Shown here: positions 47,268-59,330 of the stretch, one piece after another
How the letters are laid out: every line of letters begins with the position of its first letter
Position numbering within the stretch: position 1 is the first letter of the stretch
NCBI GenBank assembly: GCA_010909165.1
Contig: MU008174.1
Location: 620,001-684,000 of the forward strand
Origin: Anthoceros angustus
Lineage: Eukaryota > Plantae > Anthocerotophyta
Direction of reading: 5' to 3'
Length of the DNA: 64,000 nucleotides
Translations under genes and position numbers: made by a program
Notes under the pieces: model-generated
Seen by the model: the letters and a program-made list of their open reading frames with translations, nothing else
What the model was told of the DNA's origin: nothing
Databases searched by the model: none

Positions 47268-49379
47268 CTAAGCATACAGCGCTTTCAAGTCGTTAGCGAA
47301 TGCCTTCTTCACAGCCTCCCGCTTCAGCTTCAATGCTGCCGTGACAAGCCCAGTCTCGGGAGTCCATGCCTCAGGCAGCAACCTAATCTTGGTCGGAATC
47401 TCAAACCTCTGCAACTTAGCCTGCTTGCCCGCTTGAGCCAAAGACTTCAGCACCTCCTGCGCAGCATCCTTACTTCTACACAAATCCTTCAGATCCCCAA
47501 ACTGCACCCCGGTCCTCCTAGCCCAATCCTGCAACGCCGCCTCAGCCGCCACAACCAAGGCCACTACAAAGCTGTGGAACGGATCCGCATGCAGCATAAT
47601 ATTATCCACATACGGGCTCACCACCAACGCCGCCTCCACCTTCCCCAACGACACATACTCCCCATGCTGCAACTTCACGATATCCTTCTTCCTGTCGATG
47701 ATCTCCAAGCACCCATCAGGATGAAACCGCCCGATATCCCCAGTATAAAACCATCTCACCCCTGTTGAATCCGTCCTGTAAACCTCCTCCGTCTTGGCGT
47801 CGTTCTTGAAGTACCCCAGAGTCACGCTCGGGCCGCCCACCACAATCTCCCCTCTCGGGCAGGGCGAATCCGACACCCGGTACCCACCTTCCTCCCAATC
47901 CACCAACCTCACATAGCAATGCGGCACCGGCGGCCCCACCCGACCCACAGACGTATCATCCCACTCACTGAACGTCGCTCCCGCGCAGGTTTCTGTCAAC
48001 CCATATCCCTGCCCGATGGGAGCTCCAAAGCACACATTGATGAACCGCTGCGTGTCCCCAGACAAGGGCGCCCCTCCGGACAACAGCCCCCTCACTCTCC
48101 CTCCCAGCACAGCCCGAATCTTCCTGAACACCAGAGCATTCCACAACACCTTCTCCAACCCCCAAGCTCCCCCCCAACTCCCCTCCACAGCCGCCAGCCT
48201 TCTCTTATACGCCAGATTGAACAAACCCTTAGCCAATCCTCCCTTCCCCTCCACCTGCTTCCTCACCCCGTCCCGAACCCGATCCAAAATGGCGGGCACG
48301 GCCGTCATCAGCGTCGGCCTGAGCTCCGACGCGTCCCCCTTGCTCCCCTTCTTGATCTTGCTGCTGGTGTCTGTCAATGTGAGGGGAGAACCATACCCAA
48401 TACCAGCCCCCTTTGCACACATCGTCACCTCCGCCTCCAGCTCCAGCACATGCGCAAGAGGGAGGTAAGCAATGTAGACATCCTTGGGCCCCAGACCAGG
48501 CACCAGCTGCGAAACCCCGCCCACGGTTGCCACGATATTGCGATGCGACATCACCACCCCCTTCGGCATCCCTGTGCTCCCGCTGGTGTACATGATGACA
48601 GCAACATCCGAGTCTGACGGCAGATCGGCCTCTGCCGGGCTCCTTTCCCCCAGGCTCTCCACTCCAGAAAAACCCACTACGCTCCACGCAGAGCTCCGCC
48701 CATTTCTCCCCTCCTGCTCCAGCTCCTGCCCGGGATCCTCCATGAACACCACCCGCTGCACGAAGTGGAGCTGTTCCCCGAGACCCACCAGCTTGGAGAA
48801 CTGCTTCCCGTCGCAGATGATGGTGGAGGCCTCGGTCTCGTTGAGGGAGAATGCGAGGGCGTCCTCGCCCAACGAGGCGTAGATGGTGACCACGGGCGCA
48901 TTCCTGCGGAAGCAAGCCTGGGCTGCGATGAACCATTCCGCTCTGGTTTCCGCGAAGATGGCCACCCGCTCGCCCTTGCCGTGCCCGATGGCGGCCAGGC
49001 CGGAGGAGAAATTGCACACCCGCTGGAAGACCTGGGCGTACGAGAGCCAGAGGTACGGCCCGAGGTGAAGCTTCTCCACCGGGCGCCCGTCCGGGCCTGT
49101 CGAGACCTCCCGGGAGAGCACCTTCCTCGTGCCCAGGAGGCGATGGTGGGCGAACCTCTCCTTGCATGCCTGCTCGAAAAGCGCGGCTATGGTAACCGCG
49201 CCCTCGCTGTCCTCAACCAGGGTGAAGAACCTGCCGTTGCGGAAGGTGATGGCGTCCGGGGGGGAGGCCCCGAGCTCGGCTGCTGGAACTCCCCGCTGCT
49301 TGCGTTTCTTGCTTCCCTGCCGCCACGCCATGGCGGCCGCCAGTGCGGCCGCCACCCCTGCCACCACGCCTGCTGCCAT
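47268..49379 (-). CDS. LACS: Long-chain acyl-CoA synthetase, LACS8/9-like, intronless
   Basis: [54 protein letters not shown]. First in-frame ATG is at 49379 (MAAGVVAG, N-terminal hydrophobic anchor); the 49571 ORF-track start is GTG. Confidence 0.93.
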   Translation of the reverse strand: MAAGVVAGVAAALAAAMAWRQGSKKRKQRGVPAAELGASPPDAITFRNGRFFTLVEDSEGAVTIAALFEQACKERFAHHRLLGTRKVLSREVSTGPDGRPVEKLHLGPYLWLSYAQVFQRVCNFSSGLAAIGHGKGERVAIFAETRAEWFIAAQACFRRNAPVVTIYASLGEDALAFSLNETEASTIICDGKQFSKLVGLGEQLHFVQRVVFMEDPGQELEQEGRNGRSSAWSVVGFSGVESLGERSPAEADLPSDSDVAVIMYTSGSTGMPKGVVMSHRNIVATVGGVSQLVPGLGPKDVYIAYLPLAHVLELEAEVTMCAKGAGIGYGSPLTLTDTSSKIKKGSKGDASELRPTLMTAVPAILDRVRDGVRKQVEGKGGLAKGLFNLAYKRRLAAVEGSWGGAWGLEKVLWNALVFRKIRAVLGGRVRGLLSGGAPLSGDTQRFINVCFGAPIGQGYGLTETCAGATFSEWDDTSVGRVGPPVPHCYVRLVDWEEGGYRVSDSPCPRGEIVVGGPSVTLGYFKNDAKTEEVYRTDSTGVRWFYTGDIGRFHPDGCLEIIDRKKDIVKLQHGEYVSLGKVEAALVVSPYVDNIMLHADPFHSFVVALVVAAEAALQDWARRTGVQFGDLKDLCRSKDAAQEVLKSLAQAGKQAKLQRFEIPTKIRLLPEAWTPETGLVTAALKLKREAVKKAFANDLKALYA

Positions 49380-49619
49380 GGGCGGTCTGAATGCCGGAAT
49401 TGGGCCCCGGAATTGGGCTGGAGCCTGCGGTTGTTGCTGCTGCTGGTGGGCTGGGTACGAGGCCGAGGGCAACGAGGATGCGGATGCTAACGGGAACGGA
49501 AGGAAGCAGGCGAGGCCACGGGGGACGCAGAGACACAGGCAGAGGCTGGCACGGAAGCCATGACGCAGCACCAGGCTGCCAGGCTGATTTGCTGCCTTAA
49601 CAAAGCTGCCTTAATAACG

Positions 49620-50150
49620 TCTTACAAGAAAGTAACGCAACAGAAGACAAGCACCCGTCGGGACAAAGAGGCTGCAGGCAGCTTTGACTTTGTAACGTCT
49701 TACAAAGACAAGCTCTAAACAAGAGGCTGCAGGCAGACAAGCACGAGACAAAAGGTTGCAGGCAGCTTTGCTAGTAACTCAACAGACCAGACAAAAGGCT
49801 GCAGGCAGCTTTGCTGGTAACTCAACAGAAGACAAGCATTGCACAAAAGGCTGCAGGCAGCTTTGCTGGTAAAGCAACAGAAGCTAGTAACCCAACAGAA
49901 GACAAGCACTAGACAAGAGGCTGCAGGCAGCCTTGGTGGTAACTCAACAGAAGACGAGCACTACACTAGCACAGGACAAAGAGGCTGCAGGCAGCAAAAT
50001 GTCCGAGCTCCCAAACGTTTTGCTGGGTCCTAGCTCTCCCCGCAGGCAGCTTTGCTAGTAACTCAACAGAAGACGAGCACTACACAAGCTCTGGACAAAG
50101 AGGCTGCAGGCAGCAAAACGTCCGAGCTCCTAAACGTTTTGCTGGTCCCT
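49620..50150. repeat. Degenerate minisatellite upstream of LACS (about 9 copies of gctgcaggcagctttgctggtaactcaacagaagac-like units)
   Basis: gcaggcag core recurs at ~49673, 49724, 49757, 49798, 49850, 49919, 49983, 50041 and 50102. Confidence 0.85.
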
Positions 50151-50239
50151 CGCATAGGGAAGGAACCCTTCCCAACATACACCTACAGCCTTAATCTCTA
50201 TATGGTATGATGATTTTACGCCACTCAACCTAAAATGCT

Positions 50240-51310
50240 ATGATATATCATTACGCAACCATGCGGTTAGGTGATGGTGGTTGTCTTGTGGCCCGGCACC
50301 ACACAATGCAAGCGCTGGTGCCCAATGGGGAAGCTCGACAGCTCGACTTGGAAGCAGCTGTGAGGCGAGAATTGTTTGTGGCGGACGATAGGCTGTTGTG
50401 GGTCTGGCTGGCGTGTAAGCCTGCAATTTGGGGCAGAGATCCCACTTCTTTCCTGACAGGCTGACGAAGCATGGGTGTTGTTTTTCAGAATCATGTGCCC
50501 GGCTCCCAAGAGAGCCTCTCTGAAGGCGATCATGTGTGCCGGGGTTTACTGTCCACTTACGTTGTCTGTAGTTTCCGCTTTCCAGCCATGGTTGGTTCAG
50601 TCACATGGATTTAGAAATGGACTGGTCCAGGTACGTGATATCCTGTATGTCCGAATGTGATAGGTTGATATCCCGTAGGCCCGAAGGTAACAGCTTATGT
50701 CTGTTGAATCGTTCTCAGGACATGTGCGGGACGATGGAACTCTGCAACCAACAACAACTGCTTCATGATGTCGACCTGCCAACCTGCAGCTTAACAAGTA
50801 TGGTCGATTCTGCTTGGCGTTGCAGGAGGCACACTGGTGGCTGCTACACAGGAGCTGACGAGCCGCGGTGTGGACCATAAGGTTATTCGTGTGGTATGTG
50901 TGGATGCGGCAATAGCTTTGAGTGTCTGGTGAGTGTTGACAAGAACCGCCAGTAAAAAATGTAAATCCGGTACTTGCAGCTTTCTGCAGTGGCTGCACCT
51001 CCAGCACTTACAAAACTGAGCGAGGATTTCCTTGGTTGCTCGGCTGCTTCTTGCAACTTACATTCTTTTTCCGTTGTTGCATCCTTGTAGAAGCTGGGAG
51101 TCTACTTGGCTGAGATTCTTTATCCGTTGTTGCATCCATGAAGGACTGGTAGACTACGTGGCTGTTGTTTTTGGTCACTGGAGCTTGCGCATCATCAACC
51201 CAGAGTTCAACGACCAAGGGTACGTTTGGCATGTGGGGGCCCTTCCATGCCCTCACCGAACAAATGACGTGTCCATGGTCCATGTGTGTCATGACCTTGC
51301 ATGCATGCAA
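50240..51310 (-). mobile_element. Degenerate retroelement coding remnant (gag-like?)
   Basis: Interrupted ORFs downstream of an LTR-PBS; a CFVSLSGKKWDLCPK segment weakly resembles a zinc knuckle. Weak support. Confidence 0.3.
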
Positions 51311-51360
51311 ATGACGTGACCATGCTGGTCATGATTTACGTGACCATGCATGGTCATGGT

Positions 51361-52822
51361 CACAGTCATGTCTTAACGGTTTGTGTTATCGGTTATGCCA
51401 GTCGTTTGAACAGGTCCATTGTTTAGATCAACTTAGGTCTGTCTTGGTGGCTCCAGTTCAAGTAACAAGATGTTGGCGGACCACCGGTGGGGACTTGCGT
51501 TCGAACCCCAGATGTCACATAGCAAAACGTAGACAAGTAAATCTACAGGAGGTTAATAATTTTCAGCGTCATATCAAATTTCAAAGTGCACCAAAAAAAA
51601 TGTGGAGGTCGCAATAGAACATACGGATGAAGTATCATAAGAAAGGATTAAGAGGTAATGAAGTATCATGAGAACGCATTAAGAGGTAATTAACTCCTGT
51701 TCCTGCCTACAGTCATTGCTCCTCCAAAGCTTTTTGGTGCGTCCCCTTGTTGAACTACTTTTGCTGACGGCCAGCCAGGCATACACCGATCCCGTGTCGT
51801 TATGGTATGGGGTCAAGGGAATGACTTTCCCGTTCGCTTGCAATTTCCTACTCGGCTCACCTATCTTACCCTTTGTCTACGTTCAGCTACTCGCCACAAC
51901 CTCCAGCTGCGCTCGACACCATCTGTCTTCGCCGCCTTTCTCGCGCGGACTCTATAGGGCAGCACCGGAGCACTAGAGCGTAGGGTCGAAGGAACCACCC
52001 CGAGGTTGGATCGTCTGCGCCGATCCGGTCCGCTAATCGCTACACTCACGCCAGATCACTACCTAGTTAAACTGCGCAATTACGCTATGCGTCTCACCGA
52101 TCATCACCGTCACAGTCATGTCTTAACGGTTTGTGTTATCGGTTATGCCAGTCGTTTGAACAGGTCCATTGTTTAGATCAACTTAGGTCTGTCTTGGTGG
52201 CTCCAGTTCAAGTAACAAGATGTTGGCGGACCACCGGTGGGGACTTGCGTTCGAACCCCAGATGTCACATAGCAAAACGTAGACAAGTAAATCTGTGGAG
52301 GTTAATAATTTTCAGCGTCATATCAAATTTCAAAGTGCACCAAAAAAAATGTGGAGGTCGCAATAGAACATACGGATGAAGTATCATAAGAAAGGATTAA
52401 GAGGTAATGAAGTATCATGAGAACGCATTAAGAGGTAATTAACTCTGCCTCGCCATACCATTGCTCCTCCAAAGCTTTTGGTGCGTCCCCTTGTTGAACT
52501 ACTTTTCGACCGAGCATACACCGATCCTGTCGTTATGGTATGGGGTCAAGGGAATGACTTTCCGTTCGCTTGCAACTCGGCTCACCTATCTTACCCTTTG
52601 TCTACGCTCGCCACAACCTCCACAAGGCCGACACCATCTCTCGCCGCCTTTCTCGCGCGGACTCTATAGGGCAGCACCGGAGCACTAGAGCGTAGGGTCG
52701 AAGGAACCACCCCGAGGTTGACTGTCCGCTGCGGCCGATCCGGTCCGCTTAATCACACTCACTCAGGGCCGTATCACTACCTAGTTAAATGCGCAATTAC
52801 GCTATGCCTCACCTATCATCAG
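51361..52822. repeat. ~750-bp tandem duplication (2 copies)
   Basis: cacagtcatgtcttaacggtttgtgttatcgg... at 51361 and 52111; colinear throughout, and the second copy has many small deletions. Confidence 0.92.
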
Positions 52823-53090
52823 TCTGCCCGGTATGGCCAAACGTTTAAGGACCCATTCTCGTCCCAAGATTCTCTCTCTCTCTCTCTCTTGGCTCCTTCG
52901 CCCTTCTCCTCTGTGTCCCCGCACCTGTGGTGCCAGCCTTGAAATTGCGTGTCCGGTGTGTGGGTTGCGACTGCTGCGCTCACTGTGCCATCCACCTGTG
53001 TTCTACATGCCTCCTCGTGGATCGTTAGCTACGCCTGCCCGGCCCGGCCGAGATCCCGCCTGGAAGAGCAGGGGTCCTGAGTTCTCCACA

Positions 53091-53568
53091 CCTGCACTCA
53101 CCACCACACGTTAGGGTCCGTCACCAGAACCTGGATCAGTCTCTCCGGAGTAGTCCGCCCGCTCGGTGACTTGTGACTTGCAATAGTACTAGACTCACAA
53201 AGATCTGCAAGTGTAACGTGGCATCAACCCCAAAAGAAAGATCACTTTGCTGGGATAGCAACCCCCCTCTTATACTACGTTCCGAGATAGTGCCTTTATT
53301 ATACTCCTAATTCGTCCTTATTGCCAGCTCACTATGCACGCGCTGAAAGTGGCCCTGGGCCCCAAGTGGTCCTATCTAAGTTCTACTGGGGTCGATCACG
53401 ACTAACTCCGGACACTGGCAGCCCAATCCCCAACTCTGGCGCCTGAGGAGCACCCAATCGGATTATCCCGACTCAAGTCCCACCTGAGGCCCTTCCCTAC
53501 CTCTACAGCCAGTTGCGCCACTAGGTGGGTGGACCAACATTATTAAGTCCTCCTCCTCGCTGTCCCCC
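53091..53568 (-). mobile_element. LTR of a Ty3/gypsy-like element (~53539-53109) with upstream PPT and downstream PBS-like motif
   Basis: Minus strand: purine tract gggggacagcgaggaggaggac (53568-53547), LTR start TGTTGGTCC, TATA-like gtataagagggggg, LTR end GGACCCTAACG, then TGGTGGTGAGTGCAGG (53106-53091). Confidence 0.55.
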
Positions 53569-55359
53569 GCTGTGCTAGTGGGATCCCGCCCCTCAGGTCC
53601 GTCCGAGGTTCGTTCGTCCTAGGCTGGTCGAGCCTGACCCCCAACTAAGTCCACCCCCAGACTATCGGGTCCTCCCTCAAACTCTTGGAGTGGACAGCCT
53701 TGCTCGCCGCCGCCAACATTTTCCGGGCGTACTCCCGGACCAGCACCACGCTGTCGTAAGTCCACACCGCCTGGAAGATGTCCAGGAGCCACTCCTGCAC
53801 CAGCTCGTCCGCTTCGGCAAGCCATGGGCCGAAATCAGGGTAGCGCCGGGTTACGATGTTCTTCTCCACCAAGCGCCAGAGCTCCCAGACTTCTGCCGCC
53901 TTCTTTGGCCCCATGTGCGCTCGCTGCTCGTTCTACTGCTGAGGTATGGCGGGCTATGATGCTCTACGCGGCGCTCCTAAACCCCGGAGAGATTGACGCG
54001 TCGGAAGGGGTCGAAGGCCACCGGGAGTTGTGCTCAAACCTCGGGAGAGAAAGCGCCAAAGAGGGGGTGCCTAAGCGCCAGCGACTGCGAGAACTGCCGA
54101 GAAGTCGACTAGAGAGATGACCTTCTCTCAACAACGGGGTGTAGGGCGTAATCGATGCATGGGAAGACGTCGTTTTGCTGCCAGTAACTGCCAAAGTCAT
54201 GCATCGTGTACTGCAACTTCACGCCCGCCGCATCCTTAGCGCATGTCCTTGGGTCGTGGTTACCTGCTTATAACGGCCGCTGACACTCTGGGTCCTGGTC
54301 CGCTGCATGTTAGTCTTCCACTCGGCACCGTCCACGTGTCATGCTTGCCCATTATGCTCCACCCCCGCTCCGCAGTTACTCCTTCCATCGGACTTACCTT
54401 AGTCCGCTCTTGGGTTTTTCCGAAGTTTACTCTGGAGTTCTCCGGAGTCCACTCCGAAGTTCCTGACGTTGTCCGGCACGGGCCCTTCCTTCAGTCCTTC
54501 CCCTCCGTCATAATCCGGTCTGTTCAGCCTTATTTCCCCCTTTTCCACCTTATTCCTCACACCAAACACTAAAAAAAAACAAAAACCACTCCTATTACCT
54601 TCCTAAGGGGGAGTCTACCGTTCTTCCCTTGTCCACACCCCCCTTTCAATAGCTGGGTCCTCTGGCACTCGATCACTCCCTGTGTCCGCAACCTTTTTAT
54701 ATCCCTGGCAAGATTCCCGATGGCGTGTCTCTTGATCAAAGACCAGTCAACATGTCAACTATTTCACATCTTGATGAGGTTCCCGTTTACCATTTTCTTA
54801 TGGGATTTGATGTAATGAACTTTGACACATGGCTGTCCAGGTCGAGTGTTTCCATTGCAAGGGATCGTTGTCTTCAAGGCAAGTTGTCGCATGTAACGAT
54901 AAGGGTTGTGGGAGGGTATACTATTATTCATGTGCTCGATCTATTAAGGTTTTTCTTGGAGAAGAAATGAAAAGCTTATTTGCCCTCACCATGTATATAG
55001 TCTGGGAGCCTTTGTGCACTGTTTATTGATGAGAAAGTTTTCATAGCTATTTTCATGGATCTTAATGTCTCAATCTACCCATATCGATAGTGGGCGTTCC
55101 TTTTTTATTGTGTGGTTTTGGGGTGCCGGCCTACTCTCACTAGAGGTTTCTTCCCTGGCGGCTTTTTTAGGCAGCTGGGCCTTATCTGCTCTTGTTTTGG
55201 CCTCTCACTTCATCCTCCAGGACAGGCCCTTTCTGGAGGATCTTGTGTCTAGTGTGGAGGAGGAACCTTCCCTCTGTGTTCTAGGGGCTGCGTGCAGCGG
55301 AATTGAATTGCTTTTGTGGAGAGCCTCGGTACTTCGATTTCGTTGGCTGACACAAGATT

Positions 55360-56473
55360 TTGGGGAAGTCATACTTCCACTTCCCTTTGGTGGAACGTAT
55401 TAGGCAGATCTTTAGGTGCCCCGCCATGGCTGCTGATATGACATGGTGGGCGTGCAATCGAAGTCGGGATGGTAAGATGCGGATAATGGGTGACACTCCT
55501 TCCTGGGTTGCTCTAGATGGCATGGATAATTTTGGTGCTGACGATAGGAACGTTCGACTCTCCATTTGTACAAATGGCCTCAACCCGTCGGGCCATCGCT
55601 CATGCTCCAACTCAATATGGCCAGTGCTTCTAGTGCTCCAAAACCTTCCACCCTAGCTATCCACCAAAAAGGAACGCATTTTGATGTCTCTGGTGATTCC
55701 AGGAGCCAAGCAGGTGCCAAACATGGACGTGTACTTGCAACCATTGGTTGCGGAATTAGCAGAGCTATGGATATGTGTGGATTGTGAGGACTTCTCCAAG
55801 CCAACTGATAATACCGCAAGATTTTTCAACCTTCGTGCAGCGCCGGTGGTTGCAACATGTGATTATCCTGGACTGGGAAATTTGCTTGGCCTGCAAGTTC
55901 GGGGTCACTCTGCGTGTATAGACTGTGGTCTAGGCCTGGAGCCATGTTGGTTAGCGGACTCAAACAAACTGTTATACACTGGTGCCCGGCGATGGTGTAG
56001 CGACTTGGCTGACACCCGCCGGTTGTTTCAGATCGATGCTTTCGATAACACATGCGAAATGCAACCACGCCCTCCCCTTCGCAGTGTCCCGGATGTTCTC
56101 TTGGAAATGCAGCGTTGGACAGCGGCTGATGCACGACAAATGAGGAACACCATAGTGTAGGGAGTCACTAATCCTACGCACTCTGCCTTATCTCACCCAC
56201 ATACACAAGCTATGGGCGAAGGATGTAATGCATGTAGAAGTGAACAATGCCAAGGCCATATGTAGAATTTTGACCGCTCAGAGTGACACCATTGCAACCC
56301 ATTTAGATATAGAGACCCATGATTCCAAGCCATGGTTATGGTCAGTGGAGGAGGATCACGTGTTGCATTTGCCAGAGGCCTCTTATGCCTTGAAGCCAAA
56401 TGACCTTCAAGTAGTGAAGGATGAGATATGTGCAATGAGGCCACCTATGGACTTTGGGGCTAACATTCCGTAA
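55360..56473 (+). mobile_element. CACTA/EnSpm Tnp2-type transposase pseudogene
   Basis: YFHFPLVERIRQIF, DDRNVRLSICTNGLNP, SIWPVLLVLQNLPP, MSLVIPG.KQVPNMDVYLQPLVAEL.ELW, FNLRAA..ATCDYPGLGNL.G, AC.DC, MHVEVNNAK. Frameshifts and stops. Confidence 0.85.
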
Positions 56474-58819
56474 CGACAAAGCCGTGGCCCATTGCATAGA
56501 GCCTTAATGTTAGCGAAATTTGGGTTGTCATTCCATGCCCCTTCCGTAAGGCCTGCCTCGAGCCACGTCTTGAAATCCACCTCATCATCTCTCGTACTGC
56601 TCACAACATCATAATTTTTGAAGGGGGTGAATAATCTCGAAGGGGGTTTTCCGTAAATAATCTCTGAAGGGGGTTTTTGATGGGCCCTAAAACAGTGTTT
56701 TTAAGTCATTCCGGAAAACATCTCCGAAAAAAAGGGTGTCACCCACTAAAGTTCCTACTTTTCATCCAGCAATATTTCTGTCGAATGGTGGTCGCAAACT
56801 CGAACCTATGGGATTAATGCAAAGTAGGAGCAGTGAAGGCCGTTCCTTCCGGAAGGGACGATCAGAATTCGATTTTGGGAGGAAAATGTGGTTTAGTAAG
56901 GATACAACAAAAGCCACGGACAGGGTATTTCCAAAACACAGTAACATCTGGGACCAGACGTACAACTATATGGGAACGTCTCCAAGAATGACATGGGAGT
57001 GACAGGATTTCGATTGACTGTAGAAAACGGAGAGATTTTTGGCATCTTTTTCAATGTCCTCCTGGTTGGTTGTGTAGGCGAGAGCAATTGCACATAACAA
57101 CAAACGTATCCAATCCATTTTGTTAAGCAACAAGGGAAGCAATCCATTCAGAGTATCAACAAGACACATCAAAGTTAGAACAGTCAAGGCAAGGCTTTCT
57201 GCTTAGAACAAGCATTCTTTCAAGTCTTTTATTCAGAAGAACCATTGGAACAAATGGCGGCTACTGAAAGCTTCCTAAGCAAGACGAGCATTTGAGCAAA
57301 TGCTGGTTTGGGCTGGGGGAACATCGTGCACTCGGTGATCGATGAAAATGAGGCATCCAGCTTGGAGATGCACGTATGGCGAGTCCATGTTTATGTGATA
57401 GTCTATCTAAGCAGCAAGATCAGCACCAAGCATATGCCAATTGTTTCCCGTCATGTCACACAGGCGCAGGGGATGGATCTGGAACGGGAGGGGGAGACTC
57501 TGGAAAAGGAGGTGAAGACTCATCGCTGGACGGTCGGATGCTCACAGTGTTGCCGCCTCCGACAAGGAAGGGCGTGGAAGTGTTGGCGGGTTTTCCGAAT
57601 ACGGCTTGGCATTCATTCGGAATTACAACGAGCGCATCGGCAATTTTGCTGCAGGGATAGCAAGCGTTCACCGAGTCTGTGCAGATGGCGATTGCCGCGC
57701 TGCCGATTGTCTTCGTGACAATGCATCCGGAGGTGAATTGCTGGCAGCAGTTTGCGCTAAGGGGGAGGGAATAAGTGACTCCAGAATTGAAGTACCCACA
57801 GCCATGGCCGCATCCGAGACTAGTGGACTAGTGGCCGCGGTATCGCACAATAGGCCTAGTTGTGGCACGTCACCCATGCGGCCAGCTGCGTAGCCAGAGC
57901 CATCACAATTGAGGCCGCCACCAGCATGTCCGCCATTACAAGCCATCTGAGAGAGGTCTTCATCGCAGTTAGTCACTCCGGGAGACAAGAGCATGCTTTC
58001 ACATGATATTTTATAATAAATAGTAAAATAGGAAGAAATATCCCCCATGACCCCGGTCACCCGGGCTCATCGATGCAAAAAAATACTCTTAGGATTTTGC
58101 CCCTCGTCGCTGCTATTCAACTACTCCCGGGTCCTCCCAAGAACTGACTTGAGAAAAAAAGTATGTTTTATTGAGAGAAAAACCGATGGAAAAAACCCCA
58201 TCCTACAGGGAATAACCAAGGTAGACCCGGGGGTCAAGGTGAAAAGGAGCACCTAAGTTTCTTACCTAAAGTTACCAACTGTTCCTAGAGCATCATATGC
58301 AAAAAGAACAAATGGCCTGCAAACTGCGGAGGAAAGGGAAGAAGCGTTTATTACTTGTGTCCTTGGACTTTGAAGTCAAAGAACACAAGTAGCAATTAAA
58401 GACCAAGGATCAAAGTAAAAAAACAATTATGATTATAAAGAAGTGGCCGGTTAAGACCATGGATCAAAGTAATTGACTTAGCTCGCTTAGACATATGTTA
58501 AAGACCAAGAATCAAAGTAAAAATATGTATGATTATAAAAAGTGGTTGTTAAAGACCAAGGATCAAACTAATTAACTTAACTCGCTTAGACATACATTAA
58601 CTTATGATCGAAAAGAAACAAGTGGTCATACATTAACTTAGCGTACCAATACATGGAGGAGTGGGTATACCATATTGATTATGTTTGTTTACTTTGAGTT
58701 TCACAAGGGCTTATACAATGACGTCAAAGATAGAACTATGTGTTGCATTTTATATGACCTTGTTTTTTCGCTTTGTGCAATGGCATGAACACCAAGATGA
58801 CAAATATGTTGCAATTTAT

Positions 58820-59330
58820 ATGAACTTTCTTTTTTGGCTTTGTGCAATAGCATGAACACCAAAGTAAAATCACCCTTGGATGATGAGATCACATCCATTC
58901 AAGGTTTCCAACATTTCTATCAAAACACCATAGTGGCTATGCGGATATAGATGAGATGAATGGAAGATCTCTCTATTACTATTTTATAGAGTCTCCGTGG
59001 AACATTTCCATCAAAACATAGTGGTGGCTAGGTGGATATAGATGAGATGAATGGAAGATCTCTCTTTTACTATTTTACAGCGTATGAAGACAATCCTCAA
59101 GAAGACCCTGTTGTTCTTCAGCTTAACGGAGGACCGGATGCTCTAGCTTTGATGGTTGGATATATGCACATGGGCCATTCAACTTTGTACCATCCAACCA
59201 ATATGGAGGGTTGCCAAATTTGGAAATGAGTCCAAATAGCTTATCCAAAGCATAATGTCATATAGTTTGATATTGGTGGTAGAGTAGGCTTTCCGTTTTC
59301 GAAAACAAAGTTTCATTGCAACACTAGCGA
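58820..59330 (+). pseudogene. SCPL N-terminal fragment (copy 1)
   Basis: MNFLFLALC...ITSIQGF..KHHSGYADIDEMNGRSLFYYF..EDNPQEDPVVLQLNGGP; internal duplication of gatatagatgagatgaatggaagatctctc; no catalytic 3' half. Confidence 0.75.

Noticed and set aside
47433-49600. Overlapping ORFs on and opposite LACS, and the 64-aa N-terminal extension from 49571
   Set aside because: GC-rich shadows. The extension begins at GTG and the first in-frame ATG is 49379.
51499-52258. GTTCGAACCC B-box motifs (51499 and 52249) as tRNA genes or SINEs
   Set aside because: No A-box at suitable spacing and no cloverleaf could be folded.
56750-58060. Degenerate minus-strand ORFs, with a short similarity (caatcgaaatcct...atgtcattcttgga) to 59370 and 63390
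   Set aside because: Could not be assigned to a family; probably TE debris, and the match is only ~45 bp.
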